Shown: positions 1-12,272 of the stretch, piece after piece | Layout: each line of letters starts with the position of its first letter | Numbering within the stretch: position 1 is the first letter of the stretch | Assembly: GCA_030390025.1 (NCBI GenBank) | Contig: CM059432.1 | Coordinates: 113,958,001-114,022,000, forward strand | Reading direction: 5' to 3' | Source: Squalus acanthias | Lineage: Eukaryota | DNA: 64,000 nt | Translations under genes and position numbers: made by a program | The notes under the pieces: model-generated | Told to the model about the DNA's origin: nothing | Database searches by the model: none | What the model saw: the letters and a program-made list of their open reading frames with translations, nothing else

Positions 1-1350
1 GCTGCAGCCCTTTAAGAGCTGCTGCTTCACCAGATTTTGTGCTCTCTAGTCAAGTGTGCCACAGATCAAGCTCTCTGGGAAAGATTTTTTCTATTGAATA
101 AGGGAGCAGTGCTTATATTGCAAAATCCGGCACAGCACTCCCCTGGCTACGGATACAGCTATGCCGATGAGTTGGGCGGGCACAACACCAATTTTACTAA
201 CTTTGCAAAATTAGGCTCATGTAAAAGAATTGGTTTTGCATCAGGGTTAATTCTGGGATTTGAAGTGGGTGGAGGGGAAAGAAGGGGACAGCCATGCTGG
301 AGAAATTGAGGGGAAGGGGCTATGCCCTTCATCCTCTCTATTCATTGCACCTACAGAGAAGGAGCCAGGTTCTTCTATGAGGAAAAGTAAGATGCCCAAG
401 GGCTGAGTATCAAATCCAGGTGATGGACAGCGAGAAAGAGACTGCAGCAAGCAAAGGGTCATGTACAGAACCATACAGGCCAGAATACAACAGGGACAGC
501 TGAATGCCAGATGAAAGAAACTGGTTACAGGAATAACAATCAAATAACAAAGATTTATTTTTCAAGTATTTAATCAGATGTTTATAATGCATATATTGGA
601 GGTTTAAAACTAATGCATTTTTTAAGTTTAGCTAAACAAAGGCAAAAATATTAATCTGATTTGCTTTTCCATCTGAGGCAGTGACTATGCACATTTTGCT
701 TGCTACACTATCTAGTAATAGTTCAAACAGAAGCTTTAGAAAAGAATAATTAATAACCATATAAGATTACAAAGATAAGTACAGATGAGGGAGGCCATCC
801 ACCCCAACCTAGCTCAACCTTCCATAGAGGCCTATACAATCCACTCCCAGCAAGGCATCTGCCTCTTGAAATGTTTTCACCTTCACTCTCTTACCCAAAA
901 GATCATTCCAGATATTAGTTATTCTTTGCATAAACATAAGACTATTTAGGAGCAGGAAAAGACCATCCTATTTTTATGGATTAACCTCATCAACCAACAT
1001 TTCACCATATCCCCAACCCTTTCTTCAGAAAGCATTTAACTGAATCCATTAACCTTCAATATGTTTCCCAGTTCAATTCCCAGACTTCTATTACCCTCTT
1101 GGGTGAAGAAGTTCCAACTGACTTCCCTTTTTACTCTAGTTTCCTCATTTTTACTTTGTGCTGCTTGGTCCTTGAATCTTTCACTAAATCAAACTATTCG
1201 CTTGGATCATTATTGTCAGTTCCCTTTGTAGCCTTAAAAACTTACAATACAGCTCAAAACTCTGTATCATTGAAAATTAAAATGTTAATGAAAAAAAATT
1301 ATTGCACATGCGACCATCTGCTAAATATTGACACCATTCCCTTCTGTAGT

Positions 1351-1570
1351 GTCCACTGTGGCTCAGCTGGTAGCCTCTGAGTCCAAAGCTTATGGGTTCA
1401 AATTCCATTCCAGAAACCTGAGCACAAAATCTAGGCTGATACTCCAGTGCAGTACTGAGGGAGTGCTGCACTGTTTCTGATAGATGTTAAACCCTTTCAG
1501 GTAGGCATAAAAGATCCCATGGCACTATTTGAAGATGAGCAGGGTAGTTCTCCTGGTGTTGTGGCTAATA
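1351..1570 (+). mobile_element. Deu-domain SINE (SacSINE1/AmnSINE1-like), truncated
   Basis: tRNA-like head plus CTAGGCTGATACTCCAGTGCAGTACTGAGGGAGTGCTGCACTGT, shared with the copies at 12.3 kb and 63.2 kb. Confidence 0.7.
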
Positions 1571-2616
1571 TGCTAAATTCCTCTGTATGATAAGTGCTGT
1601 ATGACATTCTATAAACCATGAATTACCCTGACATGTAAGCTCTGTTGAAAGTATTTTTTTTAATAAAAATGATCATGTAATTTTGCATATATAAACTGTT
1701 GCTGAGAAAATAAGGTTCCTTCTGTTAAGCCATAAAGTTTTGTGTTTATGCAGATCAGCTATTAAGGTTGACTACCATTCAGCTTTTCCACGTGAGAGAG
1801 AGCAGCGACAAGAAATTGATTTTATAGAACCATACCTCACAGAAGGAGGCCATTCAGCCCTTTATGCCTGTGCCGGATCTTTGTAAGAGCTGTCCAATTA
1901 GTTCCACTCCTCTGTTTTTTCCCCATAGCCCTGGAAATTTTTCCGTTTCAAGTAGTTATCCAATTCTCTTTTGAAAGTTATTATTGAATCTGCTTCCTCC
2001 TCCCTTTCAGGCCGTGCATTCCAGATCATAACAACTCGCTGCATAAAGAAATTTCTCATCTCCCCTCTGGTTCTTTTGCCAATTACCTTAACTGTGTGGC
2101 CTCTGATTACCGACCCTTCTGCCAGTGGAAACTGTTTATCCCTATCTACTCTAGCAAAACCCTTCATAATTTTGAACACCTCCAGTAAGTGCAAGTCAGC
2201 AGAGAGTGCTGTGAGTTTGGGTAAGTGGGAGTAGTTCTTTAATTGTTAGTTCTCTTTAAATCATTCTTGATAAGAGTACTTAAGCAGTTTAAGTGAAGGG
2301 GAAAAGTTAACTATTTGGGATTCTGTTGGTTTAAGAGTAAAACAAGGTTACACTGCAGTAGTAGTAAATTGGCACAGCAGGCAGTGGAAACCAGTTTTCT
2401 AATCAATCAGCAGGGGTCAAAGTCAGAGGGCAGGGCCAATTCATTGGTACCCGTATATAGGTGGAGCTGTTGCTAAACCCGAGACACTACACTAGTAGTG
2501 TCTCCCACCCTCCCACCTCCTCTAACCTTTAGGGGTAGAGGGAATTTAAAAGGTAGGTTCGATTTATATTTTGTTTTCAGGGACTTAACTTAATAAAGTA
2601 ATATAAGGGTTAAGTC

Positions 2617-3561
2617 ATGGCAGGAAATCTCGGAACCGTGTCGTGCTCCTCCTGTGCTATGTGGGAAATCAGGGACACTTCCAGTGTCCCTGACAACTAT
2701 GTGTGCAGGAAGTGCGTCCAGCTGCAGCTCCTGACGGACCGCATGGCGGCACTGGAGCTGCGGATGGACTCACTCTGGAGCATCCACGATGCCGAGAACT
2801 TTGTGGATTACTCATTTAGTGAGTTGAACACACCGCGGGTAAAGGCTAGGTCAGACAGTAAATGGGTGACCAGGAGGCAGGGCAATATCAGGAAGGTAGT
2901 GCAGGAGTCCCCTGCGGTCACCTCCCTCCAAAACAGATATACAGTTTTGGATACTGTTGGGGGAAATGACCTACCAGGGGAAGGCACCAGCAGCCAGGTT
3001 CATGGCACCATGGCTGGCTCTGCTGCACAGCAGGGCGGGAAAAAGAGTGGTAGAGCTATAGTGATAGGGGACTCAATTGTAAGGGGAATAGACAGGAGTT
3101 TCTGTGGCCGCAACCGAGATTCCAGGATGGTATGTTGCCTCCCTGGTGCAAGGGTCAAGGATGTCTCGGAGCGGCTGCAGAACATTCTGGAAAGGGAGGG
3201 TGAAGAGCCAGCTGTCGTGGTGCATGTAGGTACCAACAATATAGGTAAAGAGCGGGAAGAGGTCCTACAAGCAGAATTTAGGGAGCTAGGAGCTAAATTG
3301 AAAAGTAGGACCTCAAAGGTAGTAATCTCTGGGTTGCTACCAGTGCCACATGCTAATCAGAGTAGCATGAACAGGATAGCGAGATTAAATACGTGGCTTG
3401 AGCAGTGGTGCAGGAGGGAGGGATTCAAATACCTGAGGCATTGGAACCAGTTCTGGGGGAAGTGGGACCTGTACAAAAGGGACGGTCTGCACTTGGGCAG
3501 GACTGGAACCGATGTCCTCGGGGTAATATTTGCTAAGGCAGTTCGGGAGGATTTAAACTAA
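2617..3561 (+). CDS. CR1 ORF1: Cys zinc finger/leucine zipper plus SGNH esterase-like domain
   Basis: CSSC..CRKC, then GDSIVRG, PGA, HVGTN and DGLHL blocks; open 314-aa frame. Confidence 0.9.
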   Translation: MAGNLGTVSCSSCAMWEIRDTSSVPDNYVCRKCVQLQLLTDRMAALELRMDSLWSIHDAENFVDYSFSELNTPRVKARSDSKWVTRRQGNIRKVVQESPAVTSLQNRYTVLDTVGGNDLPGEGTSSQVHGTMAGSAAQQGGKKSGRAIVIGDSIVRGIDRSFCGRNRDSRMVCCLPGARVKDVSERLQNILEREGEEPAVVVHVGTNNIGKEREEVLQAEFRELGAKLKSRTSKVVISGLLPVPHANQSSMNRIARLNTWLEQWCRREGFKYLRHWNQFWGKWDLYKRDGLHLGRTGTDVLGVIFAKAVREDLN

Positions 3562-3608
3562 TATGGCAGGGGAATGGGAACCTATGTAGCAAAACAGGGG
3601 GAAGTAAT

Positions 3609-6545
3609 ATGCAGTCAGAAACAAATGTTAGAAGGGTGAGAAACAATAAGGGAAATCTGAGTAAACAAAGGCAAGAAACACAAAGGGCCATACTAAATCA
3701 TAAGTCTAAAAGGACAAAGGGTGTTAATAAAATAAGCCTAAAGGCTCTGTGTCTTAATGCAAGGAGTATCCGTAATAAGGTGGATGAATTGACTGTGCAA
3801 ATTGATGTTAACGGATATGATGTGATTGGGATTACAGAGACGTGGCTCCAGAACAATCAAGGCTGGGAACTGAATATCCAGGGGTATTCAACACTCAGGA
3901 AGGATAGAATAAAAGGAAAAGGGGTTGGGGTAGCATTGCTGGTTAAAAAGGAGATTAATGCAATAGCTAGGAAGGACATTAGCTTGGAGGATGTGGAATC
4001 AATATGGGTTGAGCTGCAGAACACCAAAGGGCAGAAAACGTTAGTGGGGGTTGTGTACAGACCTCCAAACAGTAGTAGTGAGGTGGGGGAGGGTATGAAA
4101 CAGGAAATCAGAGGTGCATGCAAAAAAGACGCAGCAGTTATCATGGGTGACTTTAATATGCATATAGATTGGGCTACTCAAACTGGAAGCAATACGGTGG
4201 AGGAGGATTTCCTGGAGTGTTTAAGGGATGGTTTCCTAAACCAATATGTTGAGGAACCAACTCGAGGGGAGGCCATCCTGGACTGGGTGTTGTGTAATGA
4301 GGAAGGACTAATCAGCAATCTTGTGGTGCGAGGCCTCTTGGGGAAGAGTGACCATAGTATGGTGGAGTTCTACATTAGGATGGAGAAGGAAACAGTTAAT
4401 TCAGAGACCATGGTCCAGAACTTAAATAAGGGCAACTTTGAGGGTATGAGGCGTGAATTGGCGAGGTTAGATTGGCAAGCGATATTTAAGGGGTTATCAG
4501 TGGAAGGGCAATGGCAGACATTTAGAGATCGCATGGATGAACTACAGCAATTGTACATCCCTGTCTAGCGTAAAAATAAAAAAGGGAAGGTGGCTCAACC
4601 ATGGCTAACAAGGGAAATCAGGGATAGTATTAAAAGCAAGGAAGTGGCATACAAATTGGCCAGAAGTAGCAGCAAACCCGGGGACTGGGAGAACTTTAAA
4701 ACTCAGCAGAGGAGGACGAAGGGTTTGATTAGGGCAGGGAAAATAAAATATGAAAGGAAGCTTGCGGAGAACATTAAAACGGACTGCAAAAGCTTCTATA
4801 AATATGTAAAAAGAAAGAGGTTAGTAAAAACAAACGTAGGTCCCCTGCAGTCAGAAACAGGGGAAGTCATAATGGGGAACAAAGAAATGGCTGATCAATT
4901 GAACAAGTACTTTGGTTCGGTGTTTACTGTGGAGGACACAAACAACCTTCCGGAAATAAAAGAGATCAAAGGATCTGGTAAGAGGGAGGAGCTGAGGGAA
5001 ATCCTTATCAGTCGGGAAAAGGTGTTGGGGAAATTGATGGGACTGAAGGCTGATAAATCCCCAGGGCCTGATGGTCTGCATCCCAGAGTACTTAAGGAGG
5101 TGGCCTTGGAAATAGTGGATGCATTGACGATCATTTTCCAACATTCCTTAGACTCTGGATCAGTTCCGAAGGAGTGGAGGGTGGCTAATGTAACCCCTCT
5201 TTTTAAAAAAGGAGGGAGGGAGAAAGCAGGGAATTATAGACCGGTCAGCCTGACATCGGTGGTGGGTAAAATGATGGAATCAATTATTAAAGATGTCATA
5301 ACAGACCATTTGGAAAGTGGCGACATGATAGGTCCAAGTCAGCATGGATTTGTGATAGGGAAATCATGCTTGACAAATCTTCTGGAATTTTTTGAGGATG
5401 TTTCCAATAGGGTGGACGGGGGGGAACCAGTAGATGTGGTGTATTTGGACTTTCAGAAGGCCTTCGACAAGGTCCCACACAAGAGATTGGTGTGCAAAGT
5501 TAAAGCACATGGGATTGGGGGTAATGTGTTGACGTGGATTGAGAACTGGTTGGCACACAGGAAACAAAGAGTAGGAGTAAATGGGTACTTTTCAGAATGG
5601 CAGGCAGTGACCAGCGGGGTACCGCAGGGTCCGGTGCTGGGGCCCCAGCTGTTTACATTATATATTAATGATTTGGACGAAGGGATTAATTGTAATATCT
5701 CCAAATTTGCGGATGACACTAAATTGGGAGGCAGTGTGAACAATGAGGAGGATGCTAGGAGGCTACAGAGTGACTTGGACAGGTTGGGTGAATGGGCAAA
5801 TGTATGGCAGATGAAGTACAATGTGGATAAATGTGAGGTTATCCACTTTGGTGGTAAAAATAGGGAGGCAGACTATTACCTGAATGGTGGCAGATTAGGG
5901 AAAGGGGAGGTGCAACGAGACCTGGGCGTCATGGTACATCAGTCACTGAAGGTGGGAAGGCAAGTGCAGCAGGCAGTCAAGAAAGCAAATGGCATGATGG
6001 CCTTCATAGCAAGGGGATTTGAGTACAGGAGTAGGGAGGTGATGCTACAGTTGTACAGGGCCTTGGTGAGGCCACACCTGGAGTATTGTGTGCAGTTTTG
6101 GTCTCCTAACTTGAGGAAGGACATTCTTGCTATTGAGGGAATGCAACGAAGGTTCACTAGATTGATTCCTGTGATGGCCAGACTGACATATCAAGAAAGA
6201 CTGGATCAACTGAACTTGTATCCTCTGGAGTTCAGAAGAATGAGGGGGGATCTTATAGAGACGTTTAAAATGCTGACTGGTTTAGACAAATTAGATGCGG
6301 GCAGAATGTTTCCAATGTTAGGGGAAACTAAAACCAGGGGTCACAGTCTAAGGATAAAGGGGAAGCCATTTAAGACTGAGATGAGGAGGAACTTCTTCAC
6401 CCAGAGAGTGGTGAATCTGTGGAATTCTCTACCACAGAAGGTTGTTGGGGCCAGTTCGCTAAATATATTCAAAAGGGAGTTAGATATAATACTCACAACT
6501 AGGGGGATCAAGGGGTATGGCGAGAAAGCAGGAATGGGGTACTGA
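3609..6545 (+). pseudogene. CR1 ORF2 (APE endonuclease plus reverse transcriptase) with a single in-frame TAG at 4566-4568
   Basis: NARSI, ITETWL, GDFN and SDH endonuclease motifs; YLDFQKAFD, GVPQG and FADD RT motifs. The ORFs 3609-4568 and 4590-6545 are in the same frame. Confidence 0.92.
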
Positions 6546-7007
6546 GGTAGCATGTTCAGCCATGAACGCATTGAATGGCGGTGCAGACTCGAAGGACCGA
6601 ATGGTCTACTCCTGCACCTATTTTCTATGTTTCTATGTTTCTATGTAAATCTCCCCATTAACCTTCTTTGCTCTAATGAGAACAATCCCAGCTTCTCCAG
6701 TCTCTCCACATAACTGAAGTCCCTCATCCCTGGTATCATTCTGATATTTCATTAATGTTGCACCAAAGGGTTTTACTCAAGCTTGCCAATAACTAAACAC
6801 AACTATGGAACATAATTCAAATAAACCCAAGTTATAGTGAGTAGATCATTTTGCCTTTGGCATAAATGTAACACATAGACACATTTCTATAGTTTACTGT
6901 ACAGCGTATATATGTCCAGTTATCTAGTCTATCACAGTCAAGTTATAATCACATATGAAGTGCTGCCTGGTACAACAGTTTTTTCATTGCCTCTGAGATA
7001 TCTTTAT

Positions 7008-7115
7008 TCAAAGCTCAATACAGAATTCATCAGAGTTCCGGTAATAAATTTGTTTACTCTTCAGTATTTCTTTTTTGCTTTGCTTCATTCTGAAGATGGG
7101 AAACCAAAAGTAGGC
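7008..7115 (-). CDS. DCSTAMP: DC-STAMP terminal coding exon (AYFWFPIFRMKQSKKEILKSKQIYYRNSDEFCIEL*)
   Basis: Not in the ORF track. Acceptor CTCCTACAG|GCC is in phase 0. YFWFPIFRM resembles the mammalian last-exon HFWLPVLKM. The TGA stop overlaps an AATAAA. Confidence 0.85.
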   Translation of the reverse strand, partial: AYFWFPIFRMKQSKKEILKSKQIYYRNSDEFCIEL

Positions 7116-7899
7116 CTGTAGGAGTTTAAAAGCAGAAATGTCAAGCATAAAACATTTGCTTTTATTCAAATATTTTTTTAAAAGCCAAATTGCCTAAAAA
7201 AAATCCGTGGCACTTCAGGCATTCTCCCACTGTACCTTTGGTGGGACTGAAGGGCCAGAAACTAGGCCGGAACTCAGCGAGGCCAGGTTCCAGCCTCATG
7301 GGGGATTCTGCATCACCCATTGGTAGCAGAGCCTCCACTAGCTTCAAACATGGCTATTGGAGTAAGAGAGCATAGAGCTGGGGGGTGGGGACACCCTACA
7401 TCAGGAGTTCTCACTTTTCTGAGCCTCCAAGAGACCCAGCATAGCATCAGTGAGACTGGATATACCAGTCTGAGCACCGCCGCATGTGGGAACCACCTGG
7501 GGGACTAGTCTGGGCAATGCAGAGGCCCCTCGGGGGAGGAGGGGGGGGAAGGAGGAGGACCTTCCTAAGACAGGTGGATGCCTCAGCCATTCAGCTTCAA
7601 TATAGCTACAGGGCGGAAACAGATCGGCAAGTGTACCACTTGGATATGGACTCCCGCTTCGATCAGTTTCCGTCAGGTGAAGGGCATTAAAAGCCCCTCA
7701 TGTGTCACTGGCCAGCTGTCCACAATACTGTTAATCTTTCCACCCTTTTACCCATTTCTTTGCAGAACCCATGTTTCTCCTATTGCCTGTTTATTGACCA
7801 TTCGTCCATGCCTCCACCTGTGGGTAATCTGCATTGTGCCCTGCTGGTGGTCTGTGGGGAGGGAGAAAGAATATGTGGGAAGAGAAAGTGAGTGAAAGA

Positions 7900-8350
7900 G
7901 TGTAAGTGGAGGAAAAGAATGAGAGCAGAGAGAGTATTGGAATAGTCGAGTCAGGAGATGGCAAAGGCATGGATGAGGGTTTTGGCAGCAGATGGGCTGA
8001 GGCAGCAGCAGAGACGGGTGATATTACGGAGGTGGAAGTAGGCGGTTATTATGATGGAATGGATATGGAGTCAGAAGTGCAGGTCTGAGTCAAATGTTAT
8101 GCTGAGGTTGCGAACAGTCTAGTTCAACCTGAGATAGTAGCTGGGGAAGGGGATGGAATTGGTAACAAAGGAACGGAGTTTGTGGCGGGAACTGAAGATG
8201 GTGGCTTCAATTTTCCCAATGTTTAATTGGTTCATTCAGGACTAAATGTCAGACAAGAAGTCTGATAACACAGAGGTAGTGGAGGGGGTCAAGAGAGGTG
8301 GTGAAGAGATAGAGCTGGGTGCCATCAGTGTACATATGGAACATGACCCC
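7900..8350 (-). mobile_element. Decayed L2 LINE RT fragment
   Basis: Similar by eye to 32800-33170 of the larger L2 copy, the region around YADDTQ. Confidence 0.65.
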
Positions 8351-8619
8351 ATGGGGGAGATTTTAAGGACGGGCATGATCGGTGCGGCGGTCGGGGTTGA
8401 GGGGTGGCGGGGTGTGGTGAGGCGGACGGGAAGCCATCTGGCGCTCCGCAATGTGATGCTTTGGAGATTTTTAACTCACAGGCCTCATCTGCATGATCGG
8501 TGTCAGTCTCCCGCCCGAACCCAGCGGGAAGAACGACATGGCTGGTGGGTGGGAGAAAGATTTTGGGTGGCAGGGATTCCCCACGCAGGCATGGGGTTAA
8601 GACACCATCGGGGTCCGAT

Positions 8620-9335
8620 TCCAATGCTCTCCTGGCCAGCTTCCCATCCTCCACTCTCAATAAACTTCAGCTCATCCAATACCCTGCTATCCTGCACCAA
8701 GTCCCACCCACCATCAGCCCTGTGCTTGTTGACATAAGTTAACTCCTGATGCCCCAACACTTCCAATTTAAAATCCTTGTCTTTAAATCCCTTCATGGCC
8801 TCTCCCCTCCCTATCTCCGTAATCTTCTCCAGTCTTCCAACCCTCCAAAAACTCTGTGTTCCTCTAACAGGTATGATTCCATTTCTGAATTTCCTGTTCA
8901 AATAGCCATTCACATGTGAGTTTAGATAGTGTGTGCCAACATGCTATTTAACTGTGGAGTGCATCACTATCAAATCTCATTCTGTCCTCGTCCAGCATCC
9001 ATACATGGACACAGGACTCTGCTATAATACCAAGAGAGCCAATATTAGCTGGTGTTTCACCTCCTGGGCTCTTGTGCATCCTGAAATTCCTTTGCCCCAC
9101 CATTGGCGGCCAGGCCTTCAGCCAGCTAGACAATAAGCTCTGGAATTCACTCCTTAAACCACTCCACCTCACACCTCCCTCTCCTCCTTTAAGAACCTTC
9201 TGAAAACCCATCCATTTAACCCCTCCTAATATCTCCTTCTTTGACTTGGTGTTGATTGTTGGCTGATTACGTTTCTGTGAAGTGCTTTGGGATGATTTTC
9301 TGCGTTGAAGGATTTATATAAATGTAAGTTGTTGT
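8620..9335 (+). mobile_element. L2 LINE 3' end, interrupted by a 202-bp templated insertion
   Basis: Matches the L2 3' ends at 27340-27800 and 32201-32760; ends in ATATAAATGTAAGTTGTTG. Confidence 0.7.
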
Positions 9336-9609
9336 CCTTGTTGTCAGCCATGTATTGGGGGAAGGAGGTATTAAAGGTTCTATAATTTACCCCAGTGCTC
9401 TTGGGCTCAGGAGGTGAAACACCAGCTAATATTGGCTCTCTTGGTATTATAGCAGAGTCCTGTGTCCATGTATGGATGCTGGACGAGGACAGAATGAGAT
9501 TTGATAGTGATGCACTCCACAGTTAAATAGCATGTTGGCACACACTATCTAAACTCACATGTGAATGGCTATTTGAACAGGAAATTCAGAAATGGAATCA
9601 TACCTGTTA
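8865..9609. repeat. Perfect 202-bp inverted repeat (8865-9066 and 9408-9609), 341-bp spacer
   Basis: Base-by-base reverse-complement comparison shows no mismatch. Confidence 0.95.
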
Positions 9610-9970
9610 ACAGGCAGTTAAGTGGCTGTAATCCCCTTCCTGCCTCCAAGGAGACGGGACCCGGCGCGGGTCGGCTACCTGCCTCCTGGCAAGATGGCAT
9701 GGAGGCGGGTTGGGGGCGGGTTGGGCACCCGCCCCCAAATTCTGCCATTTTCCCGGCAGTCCCGCCTCCATATCCACCTCCCCAGGGCTGGCGAGATCGC
9801 GCCCGAAGTCTTTGGGAGGGAGCGAAAATCAGGAAGGGGTGTGAATAATATAAAACAGAGCTCTAAATGTAACTAACATGGGACAGATGTAAAAGTTTAC
9901 ATTGAGGATGTTACTTTCTATTAATCTTATCAGTAGCTTAATATTTTTTATATTATAATTAATTCATTAC

Positions 9971-10300
9971 CCTATTAGTGAAATTCAGTGCCTTCGCTGA
10001 ATTCATTATTTTGGCCCAGGATCTTTTCTGTAATATTTTTTCATGCAAAAACTGTATTCGGCCTTTCTCAGTCTCAGCATAAAATGATGACAAAACCAAT
10101 ACTTTCAATATTGTAAATTTTGCAGAAAGTAAAGTGAGTAACAATAAGACAGCAAGTAGTGCAACGAGTGGGATCCATATCTTGGTTATCGACAGAGTTG
10201 GTTCAGGGATGCAGTCACGTTTAGACAAGTGAGTTTCATAGGAGATGGTTTCTCCGCTCTCGTGCTTGTATACAGGTAACCCGAGGAACTTGCTCTCTGC
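9971..10300 (-). CDS. DCSTAMP: DC-STAMP second coding exon, 110 codons
   Basis: Acceptor TTTTCTACAG|GCA and donor AGG|GTAATG, both phase 0. Encodes CIPEP..WIPL..TM7..LKVLVLSSFYAETEKGRIQFLHEKILQKR, the DC-STAMP last TM and cytoplasmic tail. Confidence 0.92.
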
Positions 10301-11099
10301 CTGTAGAAAAACAAAGGGATCAATAAGTAACACAAACAGATTATCAGTTCAATACTAAAATAAAAACTGGTTCAATTGAGATAACATGGAATTTTATAGG
10401 TACATTTTCAGGTTGTCCATTACACTTGTTGATAATGTTGCAACTATAATATCCATTGGCTTTACACATAAACTAATGTAGTTTCCCTGAAAAGACATAT
10501 AAATGGTACAAATACAAAAGAATCCCAAGGAAGTACAATACTAGATGTCTTTCCGGATGCTGGCTGCTCCTTTTTAGGAATGGTGTCCCGGCCGGCAGAC
10601 TGGAGTGGGAATTGGGGCAGGAGGCGACCGCTGCCAAGGGCCCAAGGAAATGGTCCTCGATGTAAGGTAAGTGCTAGGGAGGGCGGTTTTCCAAAAAGAT
10701 GCCGGTGTAGGCAGGGCAGGGGGGAGAAAGGCTCAATGATTCCTGACGTGCTCAGAGGAGCACTCCAGCTCCTTCTAGTCCCCAAGGCATCCTCCCGAAG
10801 AATACATTCCTTGACCTCTTCTGGCCGCTCTCCTGCAGCCCGGCAGGTTTGACACTGCGTGGGTCTACCCCCGAGTTTTCGTTAATATCATGTTGCAGTG
10901 TCAATGCTGTTATCGGGCCGTGACTTTAGATTTAAATTATCCCTCCGCCTACCTGCAGTGGGAGCCTCGGCTGACTTCAAAGTCGATGAAGATTAAAATG
11001 TTGCCAGGCTGGAATAGTGCGGCCTCAGCCTAGTAAGCGCCTTGACGAATTTAACCAGGCGGGGTTAAAATCGACCCCGAGGAGACTTTCCAGAAGAAG

Positions 11100-12050
11100 C
11101 CTTTTTCTTTGGTGCTACTTTGCATATCGTCTTCCTCAAGATGAGGTTAAAGTCAGATCTGAGGTTTGAAATTGCTGTTAATGCTTTAATCAAGGGATGA
11201 CTAAGGGTTACCTTAGGTTCTTGAGGATTACAAAGAAGGCAGTATAACACTAGATTTTACTGATCTGAGTGGGTGCACGAAAGCCTGCTCTTGTACATGG
11301 GCCATCTGATGAAGAACAGCACTTAGTAAGTACAATGATGTACAAGGCCAACTTAGTAATGCAGTCATCCAGGCAGGGGGAAGCCTGAAATGAGGTGATG
11401 AAAGCCTTGCTGTAAAGAATGAAGAAAAGGTTGATGGCACTCTTGGCACTCCCTAGAAGTTGCTGGTGTAAAATACTGAAAGAGTCCTCTCCTGCACCTA
11501 CAGGATAAGGTAAGAACTTAGAAAGAAGAATGGTAAGCCAGCAATACTCTTATATGTGACAAGCACCTGCCACAAGTAGACCTGCGAGAAAGTCATCTCT
11601 GCTAACGGTTTCATGCTTTCATGCTGGAAGATGCTAAAGTGTACCATCAGGTTAGCCAGACTAAGTCCTAGCATAGCAGAAGCAACTCAAGGGATGGTTA
11701 ATATGAATGGCCATACTTAGAATGTATGGCCTATTTACAGTTACCACATACTAATGTGTGCGTAGTGAAATCTTAAAGGGGCTTCACACAAAGGAATCTT
11801 CCTTTATAAATTGGCTGTCACATTTGTGAACAAAACAATGACTGCACTTCAAGGCCTACTGAATAATGCATCTGTCACTTCCTTCATGCCTCTATGAACA
11901 GAAACCATGCTGAAGATATCATGCATACTAGCCTGAAAAGAGCTGGATGCATAAACATTGAAGCTCTTGGTGACCTTAACAATCACTGGGAATCCAGTAA
12001 GGTGGATTTGGAAAGCATCTCTATTCGTAATCTACAATAAAACTCAAAAC
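11100..12050 (-). pseudogene. Ancient Harbinger transposase relic in a DCSTAMP intron
   Basis: The minus strand reads PVIVKVTKSFNVYASSSFQASMHDI..VHRGMKEVTDALF, aligning with VAVEVTVALNFYATGSFQAATGDI..VHCCIRQVTNALY of the 19-20 kb transposase. Confidence 0.65.
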
Positions 12051-12272
12051 CAGTGGAAAGGGTTCAGGAAAATGAAGACACAGTTACTTTGAAATTGATT
12101 TTGGAGAAGGTAAGATGTATTTGTTTAGTGGGGCCGAGGCTGGAGAAGCAACCATGTCTGGTGATGAGTGAAGATCTAATTTTGATAACTAATGTTAAGG
12201 ATTCTAAGTCTGGAGCATTCCATCTTTCATGGCATCATAGAATCATACAATGATACAGCACAGAAGGAGGCT

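Larger units (their letters stand above)
2189..6646 (+). mobile_element. Near full-length CR1 LINE
   Basis: 5' UTR, ORF1, ORF2, 3' UTR and (TTTCTATG)n tail. Short duplication GTAA at 2185-2188 and 6645-6648. Confidence 0.95.
1826..6742 (-). mobile_element. Older CR1 LINE 3' fragment (about 1826-2188 and 6645-6742), split by a younger CR1
   Basis: Encodes the CR1 C-terminus (EVFKIMKGF..RNFFMQRVV.IWN). The sequence resumes after 6645. Confidence 0.8.
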
